Positions 34,843 through 43,545 of a stretch of 64,000 nucleotides of DNA are shown here, in pieces. The position numbers and the translations under genes were made by a program. Within the stretch, counting starts at the first letter, position 1. Each line of letters begins with the position of its first letter. The notes below the pieces were generated by a model that saw only the letters and a list, made by a program, of their open reading frames with translations, made no database searches and was not told the DNA's origin. The stretch comes from Candidatus Fermentibacter danicus. GTDB taxonomy: Bacteria > Fermentibacterota > Fermentibacteria > Fermentibacterales > Fermentibacteraceae. Where the stretch lies: positions 2,210 to 66,209 of the forward strand of contig LKHB01000181.1 of NCBI GenBank assembly GCA_001618615.1, given 5' to 3'.

Positions 34843-35568
34843 ATGATAGTATTGGTCACGAACGACGACGGCATAGACGCGCCCGGGCTGGAAGCCCTCG
34901 CCTCCGCCCTGTCGGAAGACTGGGACGCCTATGTCGTCGCTCCATCCGGTCACTGCAGCGGCACGGGGCATGCGCTGACCCTGTACCGCGACCTGTCCGT
35001 GGAGAAGCGCGGCGATCGTTCCTGGTGCGTCGGCGGGACTCCGGCGGACTGCGTCAAGCTCGCCATTGGAGAGCTCCTCGGGGTCCGTCCGGACGTGGTC
35101 GTGTCGGGGATCAATCCGGGGCCCAACATGGCCAACAACGTGCATTATTCCGGCACCATAGCGGCCGCGAGCGAAGCCGCGTTCTGGAACATTCCATCGA
35201 TAGCCGTCAGCTCCGGTTCGCAGACCCCCCGGCACCTGGGCTGCACCGGCTCCTATGTCCGAAAACTCCTGCTGGCGGGCGTCCACCGGCTCATCCCCCG
35301 GTCCTGCGTTCTCAGCCTCAACATACCCGACCTGCCTCTCCGGGAACTCGGACAGCCGGTCTGGACGAGGACCGCCCGGTTTTCGGCCGATGCGCCCTTC
35401 ATCGTGCTCGATCCCGGACGCTCCTACAGGTACGGCAGGATGCCCGATCCTACCCTGACGGATCCCTCCGGAACCGACGTGGAGGCCCTCAAGGCGGGCC
35501 TCGTGAGCGCAACGCTGCTGGGGCTCGACCGCAGCCTCCCCGGATTCGACCTCCCGCCCATCGGATAG
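34843..35568 (+). CDS. surE: 5'/3'-nucleotidase
   Basis: MIVLVTNDDGIDAPGL is the SurE N-terminal signature. The rest matches full length. Confidence 0.9.
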   Translation: MIVLVTNDDGIDAPGLEALASALSEDWDAYVVAPSGHCSGTGHALTLYRDLSVEKRGDRSWCVGGTPADCVKLAIGELLGVRPDVVVSGINPGPNMANNVHYSGTIAAASEAAFWNIPSIAVSSGSQTPRHLGCTGSYVRKLLLAGVHRLIPRSCVLSLNIPDLPLRELGQPVWTRTARFSADAPFIVLDPGRSYRYGRMPDPTLTDPSGTDVEALKAGLVSATLLGLDRSLPGFDLPPIG

Positions 35569-35570
35569 CC

Positions 35571-37355
35571 GTGGCCTCCGCTCTGGCCGCGGCGCTGCTG
35601 GTCTCGTCCGGCCCGGACGCCATCTTCCTGGATCACCGGGCCTCGGTGGACCTGATCCGCAGCCCGGATCTCCTCGCCGTGGAAGTCTCGGACGAGACGA
35701 TCATCCCCCTGAACGCCTCCGGAGTGGCCCGGTTCTCGTCCCTCTCCGTCCCGTACGACCGTTCGATGGAGACTGTCATGGTCGTGAAGGCCGAGATCCA
35801 TCCAGTCCGTCCGGGTCGCCCGGAGGCCGAGGCCCGGGTGACGGAGAGGCCCAGGCCGGGACTTGCCGCATCCGGCCGGCTGGAGAGCAATTTCAGGGAG
35901 CTGGTGATCGAGTTCACAGGGGTGGAGACGGGGGACACCCTCTTCATCACGACCCGTCGCGAGATCGAAAGGCTTCCGCTCGTCGACGCCTACAGCTACT
36001 CGTTCTTCTCCCAGTCCACGGACAGCATCGCGTCGAGCTGCTTCTCGGTCCGGTGGCCCGCCGGAGCGCCGCTGCTGATCGCAGGGCCGCCGCCTTCGAC
36101 GGATTACGAGGCCGGCGGCGTGAGACATCTGCAATGGCCCTGCGGTCCGATGCCGGCGCTGCCCCCGCTTCCTCTGGGAGTACCGGTGGAGATGGAGGCC
36201 CGGCGCGTGATCATCGCCTCGCACCCGCCGGAGGAGCTGGGGGCGCTGCTCTGTCCCGTTCTGGACCCGGGCGGCGCCGGTGGAGCCGAAGAGGCCGCCC
36301 TGTCCATGGTGATAGACTCCGTCGGGCGTGATCCGGATTCCCTCAGGGCCTGGGTGGCGAGGAGCATCTCCTTTCTCGGCGCAGGCATCGGGGCGCATCC
36401 GGGGTTCACCCCCAGGACCCCTCTGCAGACGCTCCAGGACAGGTGCGGAGTCTGCAGGGACAAGTCCGTCCTCCTCACCGCACTGCTGAGGGAGGCAGGG
36501 AGCCGGGCGTGGCTCGGGCTGACCAGGGTCTCGCATCCTCTCGACGAGCTCTGCGGGATCAGGGATTTCGACCACATGGTCGTTCTGCTCGAGAGGGACG
36601 GGGCGATCGATATCCTCGACCCTTCCACGGCCGGCCACTCCACTCCCGCAGGGTACGCCCTGCGGGGCCTCCCCGTGCTGCCCGTCGCGCCATGGTGCAG
36701 GGGGTACGAGACGGTCCCCTCCGAAGGATGCGACACCCTGTCCATCCGGATGTCGCTGGGCTTCTCGTCCGGGCTGGACAGCCTCTCGGGAGGTTTCGAG
36801 GCCGGATTCACTGGGGCGGTGGACGAACTCTGGAGGGACATGCTCTCCAGGGTGGATGTGGAAGCTTGGCCCGAAATGCTGGAAGCCCTCTTCGGAGCTT
36901 CTCCATCCAGCGCCCTCCGTATCGTGGGCGATCCCCACGATCCCCTGTCGGCCGTCTCCGTGGAGGGTACGATCACCATCCCCTCCCGCCTGATCGGGGA
37001 CGGGGACACCTCGGCTATGATCCTCCCCGGGCTGGTCGACGTGAACAGGGCGGGCTCCAGGATCGCCGCCCTTCTCCTCGCCGGAGAGGGATCGAGCGGA
37101 CGGGCCGAGGGTACGGATACGCCGATGATCGAACTTCTGGACGCCGCCATCTGCATCCCGGAGGGATTCGCTCCATCCCTGCCGGAACCGGCTTCGGCCG
37201 AGGGTCATGAGGTCTCCGTGCGGATCGAGGGAGACTCGCTGAGATGGTCTGAATCCTGCGATCTCGGAAACCACGCTGTCTCCCGGCTCAGGAGAACGGC
37301 GCTGGCCAGATGCGCCGGCTCGCCTCGCGGCATCCTCCTGACGGAGGAAAGATGA
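35571..37355 (+). CDS. Large secreted protein with a transglutaminase-like cysteine-protease core
   Basis: Track ORF 35025..37355. A GTG start directly after the surE stop gives a signal peptide (VASALAAALLVSSGP). DRCGVCRDKSVLLTALLREAG...DHMVVLLERDGAIDILD is a Cys/His/Asp transglutaminase-like core. Confidence 0.55.
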   Translation: MASALAAALLVSSGPDAIFLDHRASVDLIRSPDLLAVEVSDETIIPLNASGVARFSSLSVPYDRSMETVMVVKAEIHPVRPGRPEAEARVTERPRPGLAASGRLESNFRELVIEFTGVETGDTLFITTRREIERLPLVDAYSYSFFSQSTDSIASSCFSVRWPAGAPLLIAGPPPSTDYEAGGVRHLQWPCGPMPALPPLPLGVPVEMEARRVIIASHPPEELGALLCPVLDPGGAGGAEEAALSMVIDSVGRDPDSLRAWVARSISFLGAGIGAHPGFTPRTPLQTLQDRCGVCRDKSVLLTALLREAGSRAWLGLTRVSHPLDELCGIRDFDHMVVLLERDGAIDILDPSTAGHSTPAGYALRGLPVLPVAPWCRGYETVPSEGCDTLSIRMSLGFSSGLDSLSGGFEAGFTGAVDELWRDMLSRVDVEAWPEMLEALFGASPSSALRIVGDPHDPLSAVSVEGTITIPSRLIGDGDTSAMILPGLVDVNRAGSRIAALLLAGEGSSGRAEGTDTPMIELLDAAICIPEGFAPSLPEPASAEGHEVSVRIEGDSLRWSESCDLGNHAVSRLRRTALARCAGSPRGILLTEER

Positions 37356-38839
37356 CGGGCCTTGTCCTCGCCTCGCTGCTGCCGTCCGCAGTCGCCTCCG
37401 CGTCCTTCCTCGGCATGGAGCTGTCCATGAGGGATGAGGTTCTGGTGACGGAGCTTACGGTGGACGGCTACCCCGGGAGGCGGTATCCCGTCCCGTTCGA
37501 TCCCGCCTTCATGGACGCCGAACTCGAAGAGGCCTGGGTGGCTTCTCCGACCGGAGGCAGGATCGACGTGCCCGCCTGGGCCGTCGATACCCTCAGCGTA
37601 GTGTCCGGCATGCCCTCGGCCCTGGTCGTGGCATTCCCTGGAGCGATGGGGGAGGGCGGCTTCCTCCGCGCCACGGTCACGGACAGGAGTTCCGCCTGGA
37701 GCCGTGGCGCATGGTTCGACTTCACCGCCCCGGAGTGGCCCGACAGCGTCCGGATAGTCTTCAGGGACTCCGGCCGTGAGCCGGTCTGGTCCGGAGAGGG
37801 ATACGAATTTTCCATGGACGGCCGGGACGCCGTCTTCACCGCCGGACCATCGGCGGGGCGCCTGTCGGTCTCGTGCTTCACCGACTGGGACGACCTGTAC
37901 GAATTCCTGCGGACCTCGTTCGACGAGGCCGCGAACGCGCCCGTGCCCTCCTCCGTCAGGGGGGCCGCGATCGAAGCCGCCGCCTCCGGCGCCGACGGGA
38001 CGATGATCGCAGCCAGGCTGCGGACCATTCTGTGCAACAGCTTCAGGTTGAAGAGCGCCGGGCATCCGGCGTCCCTCCTGGAGGTCGATCCCCTCGAAAC
38101 CCTCATGAGAACGAGGTCGGCCGACAGACTGGAGATGGCCCTGGTGGCGGTCTCGATCCTCGAGGCGATGGACATGGACGCCGAACTCCTCTTCGGCGCC
38201 GCAGACAGGGCGGAGGTGCCGATCCCGTCGGACTGGGACAGGCCTCTCGTTTCCATCGCCCTGGCTGACGGGCGAGTGCTGCTCATCGATCCATCGGCAT
38301 ATCTGAACAGCGCGTTCCATGTCCCCGACAGGGAGTCGATGGACATCCTGGGGCCGGGCTGCGGCAGGCCGCTCGAACCTCCGGCCGGCGGCCCCGAGGA
38401 CTTCTGGAGGGAGACATGGACTGTCGCCCCGGACGGATCGTTCGCGCTCGAAGTACTCACCGGCGGATCGGCCGATTCCCTTCTCAGGCACAGGCTGGCG
38501 GGACTGGACGGGCCCTCCGCGTCCGCCTCGCTGGCCCTCTGGCTTCTCCAGGGCGGGGGACCGGCCGCGATCGAGAGCCTCGAGACCACCGATCTGTTCG
38601 ACCTCTCCACCCCGGCTTCCCTCTGCGCCTGCGGACGGCTTCCCGACATCGTCGCTCCGGGTTCGCAGATTCTGCTCCCCAGGCTGCCGGTGCGCCAGGA
38701 GAACGGGACACAGAGGATCTGGAACCTGCCGGCGAGGATCGCGGCCTTCTCCCGGGGTCTGTCCTTGTCGGGCGGCGGTTTCTCGCTCGAGGAGGTCGAT
38801 GGTGGACCGGCCTGTCCGGCTGCTCTCTTCGAAATGTAA
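37352..38839 (+). CDS. Paralogous large secreted protein (transglutaminase-like family, catalytic Cys apparently absent)
   Basis: Starts at MTGLVLASLLPSAVASASF (signal) and overlaps the preceding gene by 4 nt. Similar size and composition, with the homologous region around LEMALVAVSILEAMDMDAELLFGAAD...LLIDPSAY. No CxxC-type nucleophile is seen at the corresponding place. Confidence 0.45.
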   Translation: MTGLVLASLLPSAVASASFLGMELSMRDEVLVTELTVDGYPGRRYPVPFDPAFMDAELEEAWVASPTGGRIDVPAWAVDTLSVVSGMPSALVVAFPGAMGEGGFLRATVTDRSSAWSRGAWFDFTAPEWPDSVRIVFRDSGREPVWSGEGYEFSMDGRDAVFTAGPSAGRLSVSCFTDWDDLYEFLRTSFDEAANAPVPSSVRGAAIEAAASGADGTMIAARLRTILCNSFRLKSAGHPASLLEVDPLETLMRTRSADRLEMALVAVSILEAMDMDAELLFGAADRAEVPIPSDWDRPLVSIALADGRVLLIDPSAYLNSAFHVPDRESMDILGPGCGRPLEPPAGGPEDFWRETWTVAPDGSFALEVLTGGSADSLLRHRLAGLDGPSASASLALWLLQGGGPAAIESLETTDLFDLSTPASLCACGRLPDIVAPGSQILLPRLPVRQENGTQRIWNLPARIAAFSRGLSLSGGGFSLEEVDGGPACPAALFEM

Positions 38840-38974
38840 GGACTTCAGCCTGCTTCGCCCGGGATCCGTTACCCTCCGCAGCGGTTCTTCGTCATCTTCC
38901 AGCCATCGCCCGGCTGCGCGCCGGCCGGGATCGGAGGCCCGACGGAACGCCCCATGTGAGGGAAGGATGATTCT

Positions 38975-40630
38975 GTGACTGAAATGGAGAGGGAAGTGCG
39001 GGAAGAGGGACCGGCGGCGCTCGGTTCCATCCAGCAGGAAGGCGGGAAGGTCGCCCGGGCCGCCGGCATGATGGGCATCCTCACCCTAGTCAGCAGGCTT
39101 CTGGGGCTTGCGAGGGACATCGGTCAGGCGGCGGTTCTGGGGACGGGCATCGCCGCAGACGCCTTCACGCTCGCATTCGTGATCCCCAACATCCTTCGGA
39201 GGCTGTTCGGCGAATCCACCGTCAGCGCGGCTCTCGTGCCCACCCTCACCTCGACTCTCGTCGACAAGGGCAGGGCGGAGGGCTCCAGGCTGGGGTCCAG
39301 AATCGTCACCTTCACCGTCGTCTGCCTCACCGTCATCACCATAGCGGGCATCCTCGCAGCCCCTCTGCTGGTAAGACTCTTCGCCCCCGGCTTCGAGGGC
39401 GAGCCGGGCAAGACCCTTCTGGCGACCAGACTTCTCCGGTTTATGTTCCCCTACATCCTCTTCGTCGGCACAGCCGCCGTGGTGATGGGGATTCTGAACA
39501 GCGCCAGACACTTCCTCACGCCCACACTGGGGCCGATCCTCTTCAACATCTCCGCTCTCTGCGGCCTTTTCGCGCTGCCGTTGCTCTGGCGTCCGGATGA
39601 ACCCGTCTGGCCGTATTCGGCGGGCATCCTGGCGGGCGGGGCGGCACAGCTCCTGGTTCAGCTCCCGGCTCTCCGCAGGAACGGCTTCTCCATCCGCCCG
39701 GACTTCTCCTTCGGAGATCCGGCGCTCAAGACGGTTCTGCGTCTCGCCGTGCCGGCGCTTGTGGGTCTCGTAGCCGCGGAGTTCAACATCCTGGTGGACC
39801 AGATGGTGGCATCGGTCCTGGAGGAGGGCAGCGTGGCCGCCCTCTCCTACGGGAACAGGATCATGCAGTTCCCGCTGGGCATCTTCGCAGTGGCCGCAGC
39901 CACCGCGCTGCTGCCGACGCTAAGCCGCCAGGCCGCGCTGAACAGGCTCGAAGAGGCCAGGAAGACCCTGGGCTATGCCACTCTGGGGCTGGCCGCGCTG
40001 CTCCTGCCGGCGACCATATTCATCACGGCGCTGGGCCGTGAAACCATCACGGTGCTCCTGGCCAGGGGCGCCTTCGGAGCGGATTCGGTCGATCTCACCA
40101 CGGCGGCTCTGATCTATTACTCCCTCGGCCTCCTGTTCTACGGCGGAGTGAAGATCACCGCACCGGTGTTCTACGCCATGAAGGACACGCATACCCCCGC
40201 CATGATCGGCATGGCCAGCATGGGGCTGAACATCGTGCTCAACGTCCTGCTGTCCCTGCTGTTCATCCGGACGGGCTGGGAGAGGCCCCTGGCGGGAGTC
40301 GCGCTGGCGACGAGCCTTTCGTCGGCGGCCAATCTCGTGGCCTTACGGATAGCCATGAGGAGAAGGCTGGGGCGTGGAGGAGGAGCGCCCGTGCGCGCAT
40401 GGGCGGCAACCCTTCCGGCGTCCGCCGCCTGCCTCGGACTCCTCGTCCTGTTGAAGCCGCGGGTGGCGGGGATGTGTTCCGGAGGTTTCCTCCCGGGCCT
40501 GATTGCGCTCGGGGTCGCCGCCGTCTCTTCGATGGCCTGTTTCCTGATCGTCTTCGCTCTCGCTGGAGGCGCCGGGGTCGCAACGCTGAGGAGGTTCGTC
40601 TTCCGCCGTGGACGGGAAGACCTCTCTTGA
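38975..40630 (+). CDS. murJ: Lipid II flippase MurJ (MviN)
   Basis: 551 aa with ~14 TM segments. LGLARDIGQAAVLGTGIAADAFTLAFVIPNILRRLFGESTVSAALVP is the MurJ N-terminal consensus. An alternative start is MMGILT (~39068). Confidence 0.9.
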   Translation: MTEMEREVREEGPAALGSIQQEGGKVARAAGMMGILTLVSRLLGLARDIGQAAVLGTGIAADAFTLAFVIPNILRRLFGESTVSAALVPTLTSTLVDKGRAEGSRLGSRIVTFTVVCLTVITIAGILAAPLLVRLFAPGFEGEPGKTLLATRLLRFMFPYILFVGTAAVVMGILNSARHFLTPTLGPILFNISALCGLFALPLLWRPDEPVWPYSAGILAGGAAQLLVQLPALRRNGFSIRPDFSFGDPALKTVLRLAVPALVGLVAAEFNILVDQMVASVLEEGSVAALSYGNRIMQFPLGIFAVAAATALLPTLSRQAALNRLEEARKTLGYATLGLAALLLPATIFITALGRETITVLLARGAFGADSVDLTTAALIYYSLGLLFYGGVKITAPVFYAMKDTHTPAMIGMASMGLNIVLNVLLSLLFIRTGWERPLAGVALATSLSSAANLVALRIAMRRRLGRGGGAPVRAWAATLPASAACLGLLVLLKPRVAGMCSGGFLPGLIALGVAAVSSMACFLIVFALAGGAGVATLRRFVFRRGREDLS

Positions 40631-42494
40631 GGCCGCAGTAGAAGGCGCCCCGCATCTGCCAGGGGTCTACCGCTTCGTGGACGCCTCGGGCCGTATCCTC
40701 TACATCGGCAAAGCTATAGACATAAGCAGGAGGCTCCGGGGCCACCTCTCGAACCCCGGCGACGAGAGGCACAGGATCATCCTCGAGAAGTCCTGCTCGG
40801 TGGAGTGGACCGTCACCCGTTCCGAGCTGGAGGCGCTCGTCCTCGAAGCCGACCTGATAAGGATACACAAGCCGCCACTCAATGTCCGGCTCAGGCAGGA
40901 CCAGCGCTATCCCTACCTCGAACTGACGATGGACGAGGAACTGCCGCGCCTGCTGGTGACACGGAAGATCGACCCGTCCAGAGATATCCCGCGATTCGGA
41001 CCCTACCCCGACGCCCGCACCCTCAGAGCGCTGGTCGAGTTCCTTCAGGAGGCCTTTCCCCTCCGGAGGTGCCGCACTCCCCGTCCATCCGGCGCACCCG
41101 GAAGGAGCTGCCTCCTGGGCCAGATCTCCAGGTGCCCGGCCCCGTGCGTCAATGGAACCGCAGGGTACTCGGAGAATGTCTCTTCGGTGCTCAGGGTGCT
41201 GAAGGGCGACTGGGAGGGCGCCAGGCGCGGCATCTCCGACCTCATGGAGGAGTGCGCCGCCTCGATGAGGTACGAGGAGGCGGCGCGCTGGAGGAACCTG
41301 CTGACCAGACTGGATTCCCTCGGATGGCCCGCGCCGGAGGCGGTCAGGGATCGTGTGAGCAGGGACATAGCGGCAGTCAGGGAGAACTGGGGCATCATCC
41401 TGCAGATGAGGTCGGGTCGTTTCACCGGAGTGGTGAGGCTGCCCTTCGAGAGCAGGTGGAAGCTGGCCGCAGTCCCGGAGAGGCTCTCGGTCCTTATTCG
41501 AACATACTACGCGGAAACCGGCGACATCCCCCGGGAGGTCGTGGCTATGGAACCTCCCTCCGATGCCGGCGTGCTGGAGGAGTGGCTGAAGGGGAGGCGT
41601 GGAAGCGCCGTCAGCCTGATCTCGCCGGTGCGCGGCGCCATGAGGGAACTCGTCGAGGTGGCCCTGAAGGACCTGGAGCACTTCCTGGCGAGGCTGGAGT
41701 GGAAGAGGCCGGGAGGCAGGAGGGAAAGGACGGAGGCCGCCCTGGAGGGGCTTGCCGACATGCTCGGCCTGCCCGCCCCACCGCGCTGGATGGTGGCGCT
41801 GGATGCCTCGACGATCCAGGGTTCTTTCCCCGTGGCCGCCCTGGTGAGCTTCCGGGACGGGAGGCCGGACAAGGCGGGGTACAGGCGTTTCTCGATGGAC
41901 GCGGAGATAGGCAGGAACGATCCGGCGATGATAGCGGACGCGGTGAGGAGATATCTGGCCGGAGCCGGGGAGGGGGAGATCCCCTCGCTCTTCCTCATCG
42001 ACGGAGGAATCACACAGCTCCGGGCCGCGATCGGGGCGGCGGGCGACGTCGCTCTGCGAACGCTCTTCGTGGCGATCGCCGAAAAGGAGGAGACGCTGCT
42101 CTGCGGGAATGAGGAGAGAAAGATATCGAGGCCTGTCGACGAGCCTCCCATGAGGCTTCTCATCGCGATGAGGGACGAGGCTCACCGCTTTGTCCTCCAC
42201 TACCACAGGACCAGCCGTTCGAGAGGGGAGATGAGATCCGTGCTCGACGACATTCCGGGGATAGGTCCGGCCCTGCGCGGGCTTCTCCTGTCCACCTTCG
42301 GAAGCGTCGACAGGCTGCGGGCGGCGACGGAGGAGGACCTGGGCAAGATCCCGGGCATAGGAAAAACCAGGGCTGCGCTGCTCAGGAGGTATCTCGATGA
42401 CTGGGAGAGACCGGAACAGGTTCGGCTCGGTGCCGAAGGAGATGCACAGGGACGAGAGGGGCTGGGTGATCAACCCGTTCGATCATCTCGCTGA
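40608..42494 (+). CDS. uvrC: Excinuclease ABC subunit C
   Basis: 628 aa with a GIY-YIG domain (PGVYRFVDASGRILYIGKAIDISRRLRGH). The UvrBC-interacting region, RNaseH-like endonuclease domain and HhH2 C-terminus are all present. Confidence 0.9.
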   Translation: MDGKTSLEAAVEGAPHLPGVYRFVDASGRILYIGKAIDISRRLRGHLSNPGDERHRIILEKSCSVEWTVTRSELEALVLEADLIRIHKPPLNVRLRQDQRYPYLELTMDEELPRLLVTRKIDPSRDIPRFGPYPDARTLRALVEFLQEAFPLRRCRTPRPSGAPGRSCLLGQISRCPAPCVNGTAGYSENVSSVLRVLKGDWEGARRGISDLMEECAASMRYEEAARWRNLLTRLDSLGWPAPEAVRDRVSRDIAAVRENWGIILQMRSGRFTGVVRLPFESRWKLAAVPERLSVLIRTYYAETGDIPREVVAMEPPSDAGVLEEWLKGRRGSAVSLISPVRGAMRELVEVALKDLEHFLARLEWKRPGGRRERTEAALEGLADMLGLPAPPRWMVALDASTIQGSFPVAALVSFRDGRPDKAGYRRFSMDAEIGRNDPAMIADAVRRYLAGAGEGEIPSLFLIDGGITQLRAAIGAAGDVALRTLFVAIAEKEETLLCGNEERKISRPVDEPPMRLLIAMRDEAHRFVLHYHRTSRSRGEMRSVLDDIPGIGPALRGLLLSTFGSVDRLRAATEEDLGKIPGIGKTRAALLRRYLDDWERPEQVRLGAEGDAQGREGLGDQPVRSSR

Positions 42495-42783
42495 TCCCAC
42501 GGCGGTTACGCACTGCCACGCATTCTCCATAGAGCCCGGATGCAGGCGCGGCGGCCACGTCCACGAGGGTCGCGACGAGCAGGTGGCCGTGCTCGGCGGC
42601 ACCGTCGCCATCGTGGACATGGAGACTGGGCACGAGGAGATGATGTCTCCGTCGAGCGACCGCCTGCTGGTGATACCGCCCGGAGTTCCCCACGTCTTCG
42701 AGAACAGGTCCGGTGTAACCGCAGTGGCGCTCTGCTTCAGCTCGGGCCCGGACTTCAGCGGGGACGCCGGGCCGCGTCTCTGA
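42442..42783 (+). CDS. Cupin-domain protein
   Basis: The pattern HCHAFSIEPGCRRGGHVHEGRDEQVAVLGGTVAI...PPGVPHVFEN is a cupin two-motif signature (G(X)5HXH...PxGxxH). The start is uncertain (track 42397; MHRDERGW 42442) and overlaps the uvrC 3' end. Confidence 0.55.
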   Translation: MHRDERGWVINPFDHLADPTAVTHCHAFSIEPGCRRGGHVHEGRDEQVAVLGGTVAIVDMETGHEEMMSPSSDRLLVIPPGVPHVFENRSGVTAVALCFSSGPDFSGDAGPRL

Positions 42784-42886
42784 AATCCGCCTTATCCACC
42801 CCGGCCTTCCTCTTTTGTAGATTCCACAGACCGCCCTGCGACCGATCCGGGCTCGCGGGCGAAACGCACAAACCACGGGAGGAAAC

Positions 42887-43388
42887 CATGAGCAGCACTC
42901 TGGACGATCTCAAGGAAGCCTTCGCGGGCGAATCGCAGGCCAACAGGAAGTATCTCGCATTCGCGCGGAAAGCGGAGCAGGACGGCCACCCGCAGGCCGC
43001 GAGGCTCTTCAGGGCCGTGGCCGAAGCCGAAACCGTGCATGCCCTTTCGCACCTCCGCGCCATGGGCGGCATCGGCGGGACGGCCGACAACCTGAAGAAT
43101 GCGGTTGACGGCGAGGTTTACGAGTTCAAGAGCATGTATCCGCCCATGATCGAACGCGCGAAGGCTGCGGGAGAGAAGCAGGCCCTCAGGTCGTTCGAGT
43201 TCGCAAAGGCCGTCGAGGAAATCCATGCCGGTCTCTACCAGAAGATGCTGGATGGCCTGGGCGGATCGGATGCCGAGCAGTATCCCTACTTCGTCTGCCC
43301 CGTGTGCGGTCATACGGCCGAGCGCGGCGCTCCCGACACCTGCCCGATCTGCGGCGCGAAGGGATCGAGCTACATCAGGATCGACTAG
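42887..43388 (+). CDS. rbr: Rubrerythrin (ferritin-like diiron domain plus C-terminal rubredoxin-like Cys4)
   Basis: 166 aa from MSSTLDDLKEAFAGESQANRKYLAFARKAE (the diiron four-helix-bundle ExxH motifs) ending in CPVCGHTAERGAPDTCPICGAKG. A GGGAGG RBS precedes the ATG. Confidence 0.85.
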
Positions 43389-43391
43389 GCG

Positions 43392-43425
43392 CCGCCGGCT
43401 GGCCGGCTCGTCGTCTCTTGTCCAT
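43392..43425 (+). terminator. Candidate intrinsic terminator downstream of rbr
   Basis: Seen: the GC-rich palindrome GCCGG-ctgg-CCGGC followed by TCGTCGTCTCTTGTCC (T-rich). A weak call. Confidence 0.3.
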
Positions 43426-43445
43426 ACTATGCCTGCGTTAACAAA

Positions 43446-43531
43446 CGCCGGGGTGGTGGAACGGCAGACACAACGGACTTAAAATCCGTCGGCCCGAGGC
43501 CGTGAGGGTTCGAATCCCTCTCCCGGCACCA
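43446..43531 (+). tRNA. tRNA-Leu, anticodon TAA, type II (long variable arm), CCA encoded
   Basis: Seen: acceptor stem GCCGGGG pairing with TCCCGGC (one G-U pair), D-arm GTGGAACGGCAGAC, anticodon stem ACGGA/TCCGT with loop CTTAAAA (anticodon UAA), variable-arm hairpin CGGCCCGAGGCCG, T-arm GAGGGTTCGAATCCCTC, and 3' ACCA. Confidence 0.8.
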
Positions 43532-43545
43532 TCCATGGAGGAGTC

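Noticed and set aside
40263-42473. 736 aa ORF on the minus strand, antisense to uvrC.
   Set aside because: Arg/Pro/Gly-rich with no domain signal, and it fully overlaps a well-supported uvrC in its proper frame. This is typical of spurious antisense ORFs in high-GC DNA. The same applies to 9657..11543 (-) opposite miaB, 35424..37274 (-) opposite the transglutaminase-like gene, 21473..23212 (-) opposite ddl/ltaE, 29782..31194 (-), 17188..18264 (-) and 469..1398 (-).
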